Part shown: positions 10,448 to 18,890 of the stretch, in pieces
Layout: the number at the start of each line of letters is the position of its first letter
Position numbering within the stretch: the first letter of the stretch is position 1
Source of the DNA: Fidelibacterota bacterium
Lineage (GTDB): Bacteria > Fidelibacterota > Fidelibacteria > Fidelibacterales > DSDE01
Length of the DNA: 60,146 bases
Direction: 5' to 3'
Assembly: GCA_046735395.1 (NCBI GenBank)
Contig: JBJKQR010000009.1
Coordinates: 1-60,146 of the forward strand
Notes under the pieces: model-generated
Database searches by the model: none
What the model was told of the DNA's origin: nothing
What the model saw: only the letters and a program-made list of their open reading frames with translations
Program-made: the position numbers and the translations under genes

Positions 10448-11902
10448 ATGAATACAGACAGAGTTCGGGTTCGATTTGCACCCAGTCCGACCGGATACCT
10501 TCATATCGGCGGAGCGAGGACAGCCCTTTTTAATTATTTATATGCAAAAAATCTGGGCGGTGATTTTCTTCTGCGCATCGAGGATACGGATCTGGAACGC
10601 AGTTCCGAGGAAATGATTACAAAGATTCTGGACGGCCTGAGCTGGCTGGGGCTGACTCCCGATGAGGAACCGGTGCTCCAGTCCCGTTATAAACAGGAAC
10701 ATGTGGACGCAGCCGCGCGAATGCTGGAATCCGGCCATGCCTACCGCTGTTTCTGCAGTAAGGAAGAGCTGGATCAGGAGCGGAAGGATGCGGAGGCTCA
10801 GGGGAAAATCTATACTTACAGCAAACGATGCCGTGCCCTGTCGGACAGCGAGGTAACAGAACGTCTGAATGCCGGCCGGCCCTATACGGTTCGTCTGAAG
10901 GTACCGGACGGGGGCGTGACCCGCTTCAGGGATATGGTCTATAAATCCATCGAAGTTCAGAACCGTGAGATTGATGATTTTATCCTGCTTCGCAGCGACG
11001 GCAACCCCGTGTATCATCTGGCTGTGGTGGTGGATGATGCCCGCATGGGAATCACCCATGTGATCCGGGGTGAAGACCATTTGTCCAATACGCCCAAACA
11101 GATTCTGATCTATCTTGCGCTGGGACTGTCCGTTCCCCGCTTTGCCCATGTTCCCCTGATTCTGGGTTCGGACGGAAAACGCCTCAGCAAGCGTTTTGGT
11201 GCCACATCGGTGGAGGAATTTCAGGCCATGGGATTTCTGCCGCAGGGTGTGGTCAATTCGCTGGCACTTCTGGGATGGAGCCACCCCAGTAACGGTACAG
11301 TGTTTGACTTGCATACGCTGGTCAAAGATTTTGATATGGCCCGCATCAACCGCAAGGGGGCGATTTTTGATCTGGACAAGATGATTTATATCAATGGCCA
11401 GCATGTGAGCAGCGCATCCGCGGAAACGCTTTTTGAGGATGTGACAGGGGCTTGGGAAAAGGCCGGGTATGTACAGAGCGATGAGATCAGCCACGGCCGG
11501 GAACGACTTCTGTCAGCTATTGATCTGATGAAGCAGCGCATGCGGCTCACCGAGGAATTTGTCCGTTTCGGCGCCTACCTCTTCCGCGATCCGGAGACCT
11601 ATGATCCGGAAGCGGTGGAAAAATACTGGGCCGCAGAGCGGCTGGACGCCATGATGGCAACAGTGGCGGAGCGATTCGCAGCGGTGTCACCTTTCCGGGC
11701 CGCCGATCTGGAAGCGTCTCTGCGTCATACGGCGGAGGAGTTTGATGTGAAGGCGGCGGTTCTGATTCATGCCCTCAGACTGGCCGTAACCGGTTTCTCC
11801 GTCAGCCCGGATATTTTTCAGCTTCTGGAATTTCTGGGTTCGGAGGTCATTCAAGGCCGCCTGAAAAAAGCAGCTCAATTTATAACAGAACGGATGCGAT
11901 GA
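10448..11902 (+). CDS. gltX: Glutamate--tRNA ligase
   Basis: RVRFAPSPTGYLHIGG, LRIEDTD, HVIRGEDH, RLSKR. Confidence 0.97.
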   Translation: MNTDRVRVRFAPSPTGYLHIGGARTALFNYLYAKNLGGDFLLRIEDTDLERSSEEMITKILDGLSWLGLTPDEEPVLQSRYKQEHVDAAARMLESGHAYRCFCSKEELDQERKDAEAQGKIYTYSKRCRALSDSEVTERLNAGRPYTVRLKVPDGGVTRFRDMVYKSIEVQNREIDDFILLRSDGNPVYHLAVVVDDARMGITHVIRGEDHLSNTPKQILIYLALGLSVPRFAHVPLILGSDGKRLSKRFGATSVEEFQAMGFLPQGVVNSLALLGWSHPSNGTVFDLHTLVKDFDMARINRKGAIFDLDKMIYINGQHVSSASAETLFEDVTGAWEKAGYVQSDEISHGRERLLSAIDLMKQRMRLTEEFVRFGAYLFRDPETYDPEAVEKYWAAERLDAMMATVAERFAAVSPFRAADLEASLRHTAEEFDVKAAVLIHALRLAVTGFSVSPDIFQLLEFLGSEVIQGRLKKAAQFITERMR

Positions 11903-13206
11903 ATCAGATCATTCACAAAGGGAAATGTATTCTGATCGGTCTTGTCCTTTTCCTGACGTCGACAATTCTGTCTGCCCAGGAATTCTTTTCCTACCGGATG
12001 TTCATCCTGGATTTTGAAAACCGCAACAGCTCCGGAGACCAGGCAGAGCTGGTGACCGAATTGCCGCGGCTCATCTTCTCCCAGGCGCTTCGGCTGCCGG
12101 AAGTCCGGTTCTTCCCGGGTACGGAATATGAATATTTCCAGGGCCATCGCGATGATCTCAGCCGTTTTCCCGGAGATATGAATGTTCCCGAGAATCTTAC
12201 GCTGATGGGATCCTTTCAGAAGAATGCCGCCGACGGGAGTCTGATCGATATTCAGCTCCAGTTCGTAACGATTTCGCCCTACAGCCTCTTCGCCACCCGG
12301 AAGATCAGCAGCAGTGCATTGGATACGGATATGCTGGGTGAAGACGTGATGAAAGCCATTGCCGAGGTGCTCAAGCTGGAACTTCTGCCCTCGGATGTGG
12401 TGGCGGAAGCCTTGCCGAAGATGGATGTGGATAAGCTGACCATGGATGAACTGAAGAAGGAGATGAAGGAACTGTCCTCTTCCGTATCCGGAACAGACCG
12501 ACGTTACGACAGTCTGTCTGTCTATGAGAGCGGGGTGGGGCAGGTAAACGGTTCCTTCTATAGGAAGCTGGGAAGTACGGATGCTCAGGCAGATCTGGAC
12601 ATTGCCATGATGAACCGGGAGACGGCCAAATCTGCAATTTATGATATTCTTTTCAATCCCTATACGGTGGAGATTGCCGAGCCGGATTACATTGATTATC
12701 CCTACCGGCCCAATGATATCACCATTCGCCTCGATATCGCCTATCACCTTCAGAAGACACTGATCAATGATATTGCCGAATTGCTGCCCTTTCAACGAAT
12801 CCGGCCTCAGGGCGAAAATTACGAATACCTCAATTTCCGGGCCAAGTACAGCGATATTCCCTTTCAGCTCCAGAGGGAAATACAGCGCGGTGACTACCGG
12901 GTCATCCCGGTCGTTCGTTTTGTTGATAAGCAGGATCATACGCGCTATCTCATTTATGATGAAAAGTACAGCGAGGTCATTCCGGATCTGGATCTGAAAT
13001 TTCCGGTTAAACAGCATAAGCAGTTCAGTCAGCTGCTGACCCTGGCGGCCTCATCAACCGGGATTCAGCTCTACCTGAAGGATGCGAATCAGGTCTGCAG
13101 TTATACGCTGGATCTGCCGGTGGCCGTCGTCCGCAATCTGGACCGGATTGCCGTCGAATTCGTGAAGATCGATGAATTGGAGAGCTACCTTGCGAATGTT
13201 AAATAA
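11899..13206 (+). CDS. Exported hypothetical protein (possible CsgG/FlgO-like N-terminal domain)
   Basis: Signal peptide ending LSA-Q; ILDFEN motif; ATGA overlap with gltX. Confidence 0.7.
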   Translation: MNQIIHKGKCILIGLVLFLTSTILSAQEFFSYRMFILDFENRNSSGDQAELVTELPRLIFSQALRLPEVRFFPGTEYEYFQGHRDDLSRFPGDMNVPENLTLMGSFQKNAADGSLIDIQLQFVTISPYSLFATRKISSSALDTDMLGEDVMKAIAEVLKLELLPSDVVAEALPKMDVDKLTMDELKKEMKELSSSVSGTDRRYDSLSVYESGVGQVNGSFYRKLGSTDAQADLDIAMMNRETAKSAIYDILFNPYTVEIAEPDYIDYPYRPNDITIRLDIAYHLQKTLINDIAELLPFQRIRPQGENYEYLNFRAKYSDIPFQLQREIQRGDYRVIPVVRFVDKQDHTRYLIYDEKYSEVIPDLDLKFPVKQHKQFSQLLTLAASSTGIQLYLKDANQVCSYTLDLPVAVVRNLDRIAVEFVKIDELESYLANVK

Positions 13207-13280
13207 TACTGATATATTACCGCGAAATTAATATGAAACAGTTGTTTCTCAATAATGAAACTGGTAGAACGGAGGCAACA

Positions 13281-13718
13281 TTGAAAACAGGGATTGGGAA
13301 CAGATTGGCCAGAACCTTTGCTGTGACTGCTCTGTTGTTTCTGACAACTCAGCTGCACGCAAATTATAGATTTTACAACATGGTACAGCATGTGTGTAAA
13401 GTATATCAGATTGATGTATCCATGTCGGATATGCAGATGGAAACCGACTACGATTCCAACATATATTTTGATATGAAGATGAAAGCCGGCCGTAATAATT
13501 TTGATACGGTGATGATGGTGGGTTTTCTGGCGACCGGAAAGGCTCTGGAAAAAATGCCGGAAATGGAGATGGAGGGTGTGAATATCCGTGTGACCATTTC
13601 GTCCTCCCGCAGCAATACGCTGATCATTGCATCCGCGAAGGCCAATGATATTATCCGCCTGGCTCAGGGACAGATCAGTGCCGGAGAATTTAAAACAAAA
13701 TACGTAACCATAATATAA
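13281..13718 (+). CDS. Exported hypothetical protein
   Basis: ORF 13233..13718; TTG 13281 preferred because of a GGAGG SD and following signal peptide. Confidence 0.65.
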   Translation: MKTGIGNRLARTFAVTALLFLTTQLHANYRFYNMVQHVCKVYQIDVSMSDMQMETDYDSNIYFDMKMKAGRNNFDTVMMVGFLATGKALEKMPEMEMEGVNIRVTISSSRSNTLIIASAKANDIIRLAQGQISAGEFKTKYVTII

Positions 13719-13731
13719 TTGGGAGGTTCAT

Positions 13732-13968
13732 ATGCTGGATCCATTGACTTTTTGGGGTAGACTTGCACAGATGGGCTATGGAATTCTCTGGTCTGTCGCC
13801 GCATCCATCGGTTTCGCTTTCGGTGTCGGACTGGCTCTGAAGGTGTTTGACTGGCTGTCCATCGATATTGAGGAATGGCAGGAAATCAAGAAAGGCAATA
13901 TGGGTGTTGCCCTGATTTTTGTCTCCATCATTCTGGTGATCGGATCGCTGATTTACAAAGTCATCTGA
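13732..13968 (+). CDS. DUF350-like small membrane protein
   Basis: Two TMs, EIKKGNMGVA motif, GGAGG SD. Confidence 0.8.
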   Translation: MLDPLTFWGRLAQMGYGILWSVAASIGFAFGVGLALKVFDWLSIDIEEWQEIKKGNMGVALIFVSIILVIGSLIYKVI

Positions 13969-13990
13969 TTTTATTAACCTTAATTGAATT

Positions 13991-14015
13991 ATCCCGGTCG
14001 TCCGGGATTTTTTTT
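13991..14015 (+). terminator. Rho-independent terminator
   Basis: ATCCCGG-TCGT-CCGGGAT followed by a T run. Confidence 0.8.
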
Positions 14016-14054
14016 ACCGGCTGATTTTTTTTCAGCAAAGTGCTAAATTATCTC

Positions 14055-14843
14055 ATGATCCGAGCTGCACTGTTATGTTTATTGGTAACCCGGCTTTTTG
14101 CCGGTGTCACGGATGACCTCTTCCGGGGCCGGGACAGTGGTCCTGTTCGGGCGATGAATTCGGTGCTGCTTCAGGTCGCCCCGCTGGACTCCAATGTGCT
14201 GGCTTTTGATGTGATCCTGGAAAATCAGGGAATATCCACCGCCAGAAAGGCGCAGAATTTTATCCGCGATTATCCGCTGGATCCCATGTCAACCTGGATG
14301 CTGCTGGTGCTGGCCGATTATTATTCCATTGAGGGAAAGCCGAATACAGCCAGAGATCTGCTGGAAAAAGCCAAGACCCGTGATGACGTCATTATCAACG
14401 ACGTGTATTATATGATGATAGACGGCCGTCTGAACGGGAAGCTGGAAAGCAGCCCCGGGCTTACGGATGTACACCGGAACAATACTCTTGCCATTGATGT
14501 GGACAATGCCCGTAAAAAGGCAGATGACACGGGGCTTCTTGCCAATACCGGGCCGGATCTGCCCGGCTTGCCCATTCGTCAGAATGCATCTCCTGCAGCG
14601 CGTCCTGCAGGAAAATACCACCTGCAGGTCGGTGCCTATTCGGAACCATCCAATTCTGACCGGATCGTATCCCTTTTCAGAGATAAGAATTACCCGATTC
14701 AGATTCGGGAAAAAAAGAGCGGAGACCGGCTCATCTACCTCGTCTGGATCGGGAATTTCCAGGATCGGGATTCGGCACTCATTGAGAGTGAAAAAATCGA
14801 ACAGGCGATGAGTATAAAAAGTTTCGTCGTCGTGGATCCCTGA
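14055..14843 (+). CDS. SPOR domain-containing exported protein
   Basis: C-terminal YHLQVGAYS...YLVWIGNF SPOR pattern; signal peptide; start uncertain (14040 or 14055). Confidence 0.85.
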   Translation: MIRAALLCLLVTRLFAGVTDDLFRGRDSGPVRAMNSVLLQVAPLDSNVLAFDVILENQGISTARKAQNFIRDYPLDPMSTWMLLVLADYYSIEGKPNTARDLLEKAKTRDDVIINDVYYMMIDGRLNGKLESSPGLTDVHRNNTLAIDVDNARKKADDTGLLANTGPDLPGLPIRQNASPAARPAGKYHLQVGAYSEPSNSDRIVSLFRDKNYPIQIREKKSGDRLIYLVWIGNFQDRDSALIESEKIEQAMSIKSFVVVDP

Positions 14844-14846
14844 CCC

Positions 14847-17252
14847 ATGCGTTATTTTCGACTATTTCGTAAAACACTGCGATGTCTGTTACTGCTGAGC
14901 GTGAGCGCCGGCATCTCTCCACTCGGTGCTGTGGTCGGCGACTGGGCCAGTTACGGCAGCCTCATGAACTGGAAACACTTTGAACCTTATAAATCCGGAT
15001 TTCTGGCCGCGACGGACGGGGGACTGATTTATCGGAAAGATTCGGGCGATATTTCGGTTATAACGAATACGGATGGCCTGGATCATATTGTGATTTCGGC
15101 CCTCTATGTAGACCCTTCTGAACGAATCTGGACAGCGTCCAAGGCCAGCCCTGCCGTCATCAGTACCGGAACGCCGGAAACAGGGTTTGAACAGTTTGAT
15201 TTCAATTTTACCGAAGTCCGGAGCTTTGCCGGAGACAGCATCAATACCTTTGCCGTGTACAAGCAGGATAATACACCGGGCATTGCTCATTTTATCAATA
15301 ATGAAGGCCGGATTGTCTTTCGGGATTTTTATGATCAGTTTCCGGCGGGAATCATCTCCATCAATGATGTCTGTCTGCATTCCGATACGCTGTACATCGG
15401 AACCAATATTGGCCTGTACTGCGCGGATATCCGCAAGCCGAATCTGAAACCGGCCGCTTCGTGGGACCCAATCGTGACAGACGCGAATGTCGTTTCAATC
15501 CGGAATGCAGGTGAGCAGATATATTTTAATTTTGGGAATGATCTTTATTGTTACGATGGGACGACGATTGTTAATGAAGGAATCAGTGTGGGAGAAGTAA
15601 GGCCTTTTCGGATTCATGATGATGAAAATGACCGCTACCTTTCAAATGGTCCGCGAATGTGGGTCAGTCATGATCACCGTAGCTGGACCTTTTACAGAGG
15701 GTTTCCCTCCGGAGCCATTAATGATTTTATCTGGCGGGGTGATACATTGGTCGTAGGCCTGGCCTTTCTGGGTATCGAATCGATAGACAGATCCGGAACC
15801 GTCTTAACAAAATTCATTCCGAATTCACCCTTGCAGGGGCCCTATTATACCATGGCATATTCGGCTGAACAGGGGCTGATAATGGCCAGTACACAAGGCC
15901 TGTCCATCTTATCCACGGATGGATCCTGGCACAATATTGTCCGGTCCGACACGACGATCAGTGTGGGAAATCCCCGACGAAGCAGTATGTTTTCTGCCGA
16001 TACTATCGCGTTTACCTATTTTGGCGGAACAATGTTCGATTGTCTTGTGACTGAAAATAACCTGTTGTACCTGACCTATTCCGGTGTTCATACGGATTAC
16101 ACCCTTCGTTACCCCATCAATTATGAGCCGATTGCCAAGCCCGGGCCTCTGCTGGAACTTGATCTGAATAATTACCGGAATTACATGATTTATGATACGA
16201 CAAATGGCTGCTTCGACGGGTCGGAAGCCTCAGTTGCCGGCGTGGATGAATACATCATAGCCCGGGGGATGGCGGAAACGGATGACGGATCCGTGTGGGT
16301 GATAAATGCCCATGCCTCGGATTTACATCCGCTGCTGAGGATATACCCCGATGGTACGACCCATAAGTACAGCATAGAGGAAAGTGGCAACGCGCTGCAG
16401 GTGCTTCCCGTAGAAATGACGACGGATAACTATAACAGGCTATGGATCGCCAACCAGTATCATCCGGACAATGCACCTGTTACAAGCGGAGGAATTACAA
16501 TCTATGATCTGAACCGGAAACAGTGGTTCTCTGTAGATAGTCGTCACGGGCTGGCAAATCAGGATGTATCCAGTATCGACCGGGATCCGGGAGATGGCAG
16601 TATCTGGATTACCACACCCGGAGGCGTGCAGAATATCATTCCGCCGTCCATGTTGAACTCGGCAAATTTTGATGATAAACTGAAAGCTGCGGTCCAGGCT
16701 CCGGTGGAAGGTCTGTCCGATATCACGGTGACAAGAGTGCGGGTTGACCCGCGTTCAAATAAATGGATGCTGAGTTCGGATGGCGGAATTCGCGTTCTTC
16801 TGGCCAATGGAACCTGGTATAACGGCGGAATCGGATTCACCAGGGGAAACTCACCACTACTCTCGGATGCGGTGATTGAAGTGGTTTTTGACAGCCGGGA
16901 TGCCCGGGCTTATATTCTGAGTGATGCCGGCCTGAATGTTCTCGAAACGGGCTGGGGAAGTGCCATCACCCGGGTTGAAGATATCATTGTATATCCGCAG
17001 CCTTTTGACCGGAACAGCGATGACATCCTGTATTTTGATAATCTGCCGGATCAGTCTGAAATTATTATTTCGTCACTTCAGGGACGGGTTCTGGCAAAAA
17101 TTCCCCTGGACTACGCCGGGAATTATGGCCGGCAGATATCCTGGAATATGTCAGAGAGCCTGGCGGGAAATAAACTTGCACCGGGCGTATATTATGCCTT
17201 GGTTTATAATGTGGACGGGTTGAAGCGAACCTTGAAATTTGCGGTTAAATAG
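14847..17252 (+). CDS. PorZ-like beta-propeller protein with T9SS-type C-terminal domain
   Basis: Reg_prop-like repeats (ITNTDGL, DNYNRLWI, DPRSNKW, NSPLLSD); CTD IIVYPQPF...GVYY...KFAVK. Confidence 0.75.
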   Translation: MRYFRLFRKTLRCLLLLSVSAGISPLGAVVGDWASYGSLMNWKHFEPYKSGFLAATDGGLIYRKDSGDISVITNTDGLDHIVISALYVDPSERIWTASKASPAVISTGTPETGFEQFDFNFTEVRSFAGDSINTFAVYKQDNTPGIAHFINNEGRIVFRDFYDQFPAGIISINDVCLHSDTLYIGTNIGLYCADIRKPNLKPAASWDPIVTDANVVSIRNAGEQIYFNFGNDLYCYDGTTIVNEGISVGEVRPFRIHDDENDRYLSNGPRMWVSHDHRSWTFYRGFPSGAINDFIWRGDTLVVGLAFLGIESIDRSGTVLTKFIPNSPLQGPYYTMAYSAEQGLIMASTQGLSILSTDGSWHNIVRSDTTISVGNPRRSSMFSADTIAFTYFGGTMFDCLVTENNLLYLTYSGVHTDYTLRYPINYEPIAKPGPLLELDLNNYRNYMIYDTTNGCFDGSEASVAGVDEYIIARGMAETDDGSVWVINAHASDLHPLLRIYPDGTTHKYSIEESGNALQVLPVEMTTDNYNRLWIANQYHPDNAPVTSGGITIYDLNRKQWFSVDSRHGLANQDVSSIDRDPGDGSIWITTPGGVQNIIPPSMLNSANFDDKLKAAVQAPVEGLSDITVTRVRVDPRSNKWMLSSDGGIRVLLANGTWYNGGIGFTRGNSPLLSDAVIEVVFDSRDARAYILSDAGLNVLETGWGSAITRVEDIIVYPQPFDRNSDDILYFDNLPDQSEIIISSLQGRVLAKIPLDYAGNYGRQISWNMSESLAGNKLAPGVYYALVYNVDGLKRTLKFAVK

Positions 17253-17263
17253 GAGATCAGCCG

Positions 17264-18805
17264 ATGCGGAAATATGCCATTGTTGCCGGAATTTTACTGA
17301 TAACTGCATCCATGATGCAGGCTGCGGAAGTCGGTGGCGGCATTGGCGGCGTCAGCATTGACGGAAAAATCTGGAATCAGATCAGTCTGCGTCCCGAATT
17401 TTCGGTCGGACCTGTGGGGGTCGGTCTGGATGTGGTGCTCTTTATAGACGGTGACGGAAATATTCGAAAGGATGACTGGGATTTCCGGCAGCACAGTGCG
17501 CAGGTCCTGCTGGATAAAATTCTGTATGTTCGCTATGGCCGCCCCGGGGATCATTATTATCTGAGAGCCGGCGCTCTGGATGACGTGACACTCGGTTTTG
17601 GAATTCTTGTCAATCATTACAGTAACATGCTGGAATACCCGGCTGAACGGCACCTGGGCATACAGGGGTCGGTACAGGCCTGGAACTGGCATCTGGATGC
17701 CTTTGTCGCTGATCTGAAAAGTCCCGGACTCACCGGTGCCCGTCTGAATTTTACCTGGCTGGCCGGTACGAAAATCGGAATTACCGTGGCCAGTGACCTC
17801 AATCAGCTGAGAGGGCTGAAGGACCGGGACGGTGACGGATACCCCGACGAACTGGATAAATTTCCCGATAATCGCGCCTACGTACTGGATTCGGACGGAG
17901 ACGGCCTGGCTGACAGTGACTGGCAGCGGGAAATGGACCGGGACGGAGACGGCGTATTTGACCAGATCAACAATCCGGCCGCGCTGAATGATTTCTGGGA
18001 TCAGGTGGAAACGGCCGGCGCTTCCGTGGATTCGCTCACGAGACAGAGCATTCCGGACAGGAATGTGATGCTTGATCCTCTTCCGCTCAATATTAAAACT
18101 GCAGCCGCAGACCCCTTCACGGCTGTGGCCTTTGACGCCTCCTGGCCCATGCCGCTGACTTTCCTGAACCTCACTCTCTATACACAGATTGCCAAATTCA
18201 TCGGACAGGGACAGGCGGATGCCGGCGTAAAAACCGGCTGGGGGGCAACGCCGGTCGGGATGGCGCTCAGCAAAGGCTGGTTCGGGCTTCGGCTCGAATA
18301 CCGGAAATTCGGCGACTATTTCACAGCTTCCTATTTTGATCACAGCTATGACCTCAACCGGGTCCGTATTTTCCGGGACGGCGAGACGGTGATCATTAAG
18401 ACGCGTGATGAATTCTATCTCGATAATGCCGCCGTTCAGGGTGTGTACGGCGATGCGCGGGCTTCTGTTCTGAATCTGGTCGATCTGAATGCCGATTACC
18501 AATGGATGTCGTCCAGACATGATACGCTCAACAGTTTCAATGCGTCCGTTTCCCTGCGGGAAGGACTGGTACCCAAACTCAGTTCAGCGCGGGCTTATTA
18601 TATTCAGAATAATGAGATCAATCCCTTTGCCTTTCACCGGTCTGAAGATACGATGTGGGGATACAACGTGGATCTGGCCTTGTCGGAAGGGGTAATTCTG
18701 CGATGGAAGTATCAGCAGACCTACCGGGATCTCAATGGTGACGGAATGATCGGAAAGAACGAATCGGTCACACTGACCGGTGTGGAAACGCTCTTCAGTT
18801 TCTAA
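17264..18805 (+). CDS. Putative outer-membrane beta-barrel with TSP3-like Ca-binding repeats
   Basis: Signal peptide, amphipathic strands, C-terminal Phe; DRDGDGYPD, DSDGDGLAD, DRDGDGVFD. Confidence 0.7.
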   Translation: MRKYAIVAGILLITASMMQAAEVGGGIGGVSIDGKIWNQISLRPEFSVGPVGVGLDVVLFIDGDGNIRKDDWDFRQHSAQVLLDKILYVRYGRPGDHYYLRAGALDDVTLGFGILVNHYSNMLEYPAERHLGIQGSVQAWNWHLDAFVADLKSPGLTGARLNFTWLAGTKIGITVASDLNQLRGLKDRDGDGYPDELDKFPDNRAYVLDSDGDGLADSDWQREMDRDGDGVFDQINNPAALNDFWDQVETAGASVDSLTRQSIPDRNVMLDPLPLNIKTAAADPFTAVAFDASWPMPLTFLNLTLYTQIAKFIGQGQADAGVKTGWGATPVGMALSKGWFGLRLEYRKFGDYFTASYFDHSYDLNRVRIFRDGETVIIKTRDEFYLDNAAVQGVYGDARASVLNLVDLNADYQWMSSRHDTLNSFNASVSLREGLVPKLSSARAYYIQNNEINPFAFHRSEDTMWGYNVDLALSEGVILRWKYQQTYRDLNGDGMIGKNESVTLTGVETLFSF

Positions 18806-18890
18806 TAGGGTGCCGGAGCCGTACGCGCTTCGGACGGAGTACCATGACAGCAATCATCGCTAAACCTAATTCGAAAGGATGTCGGCCTTT

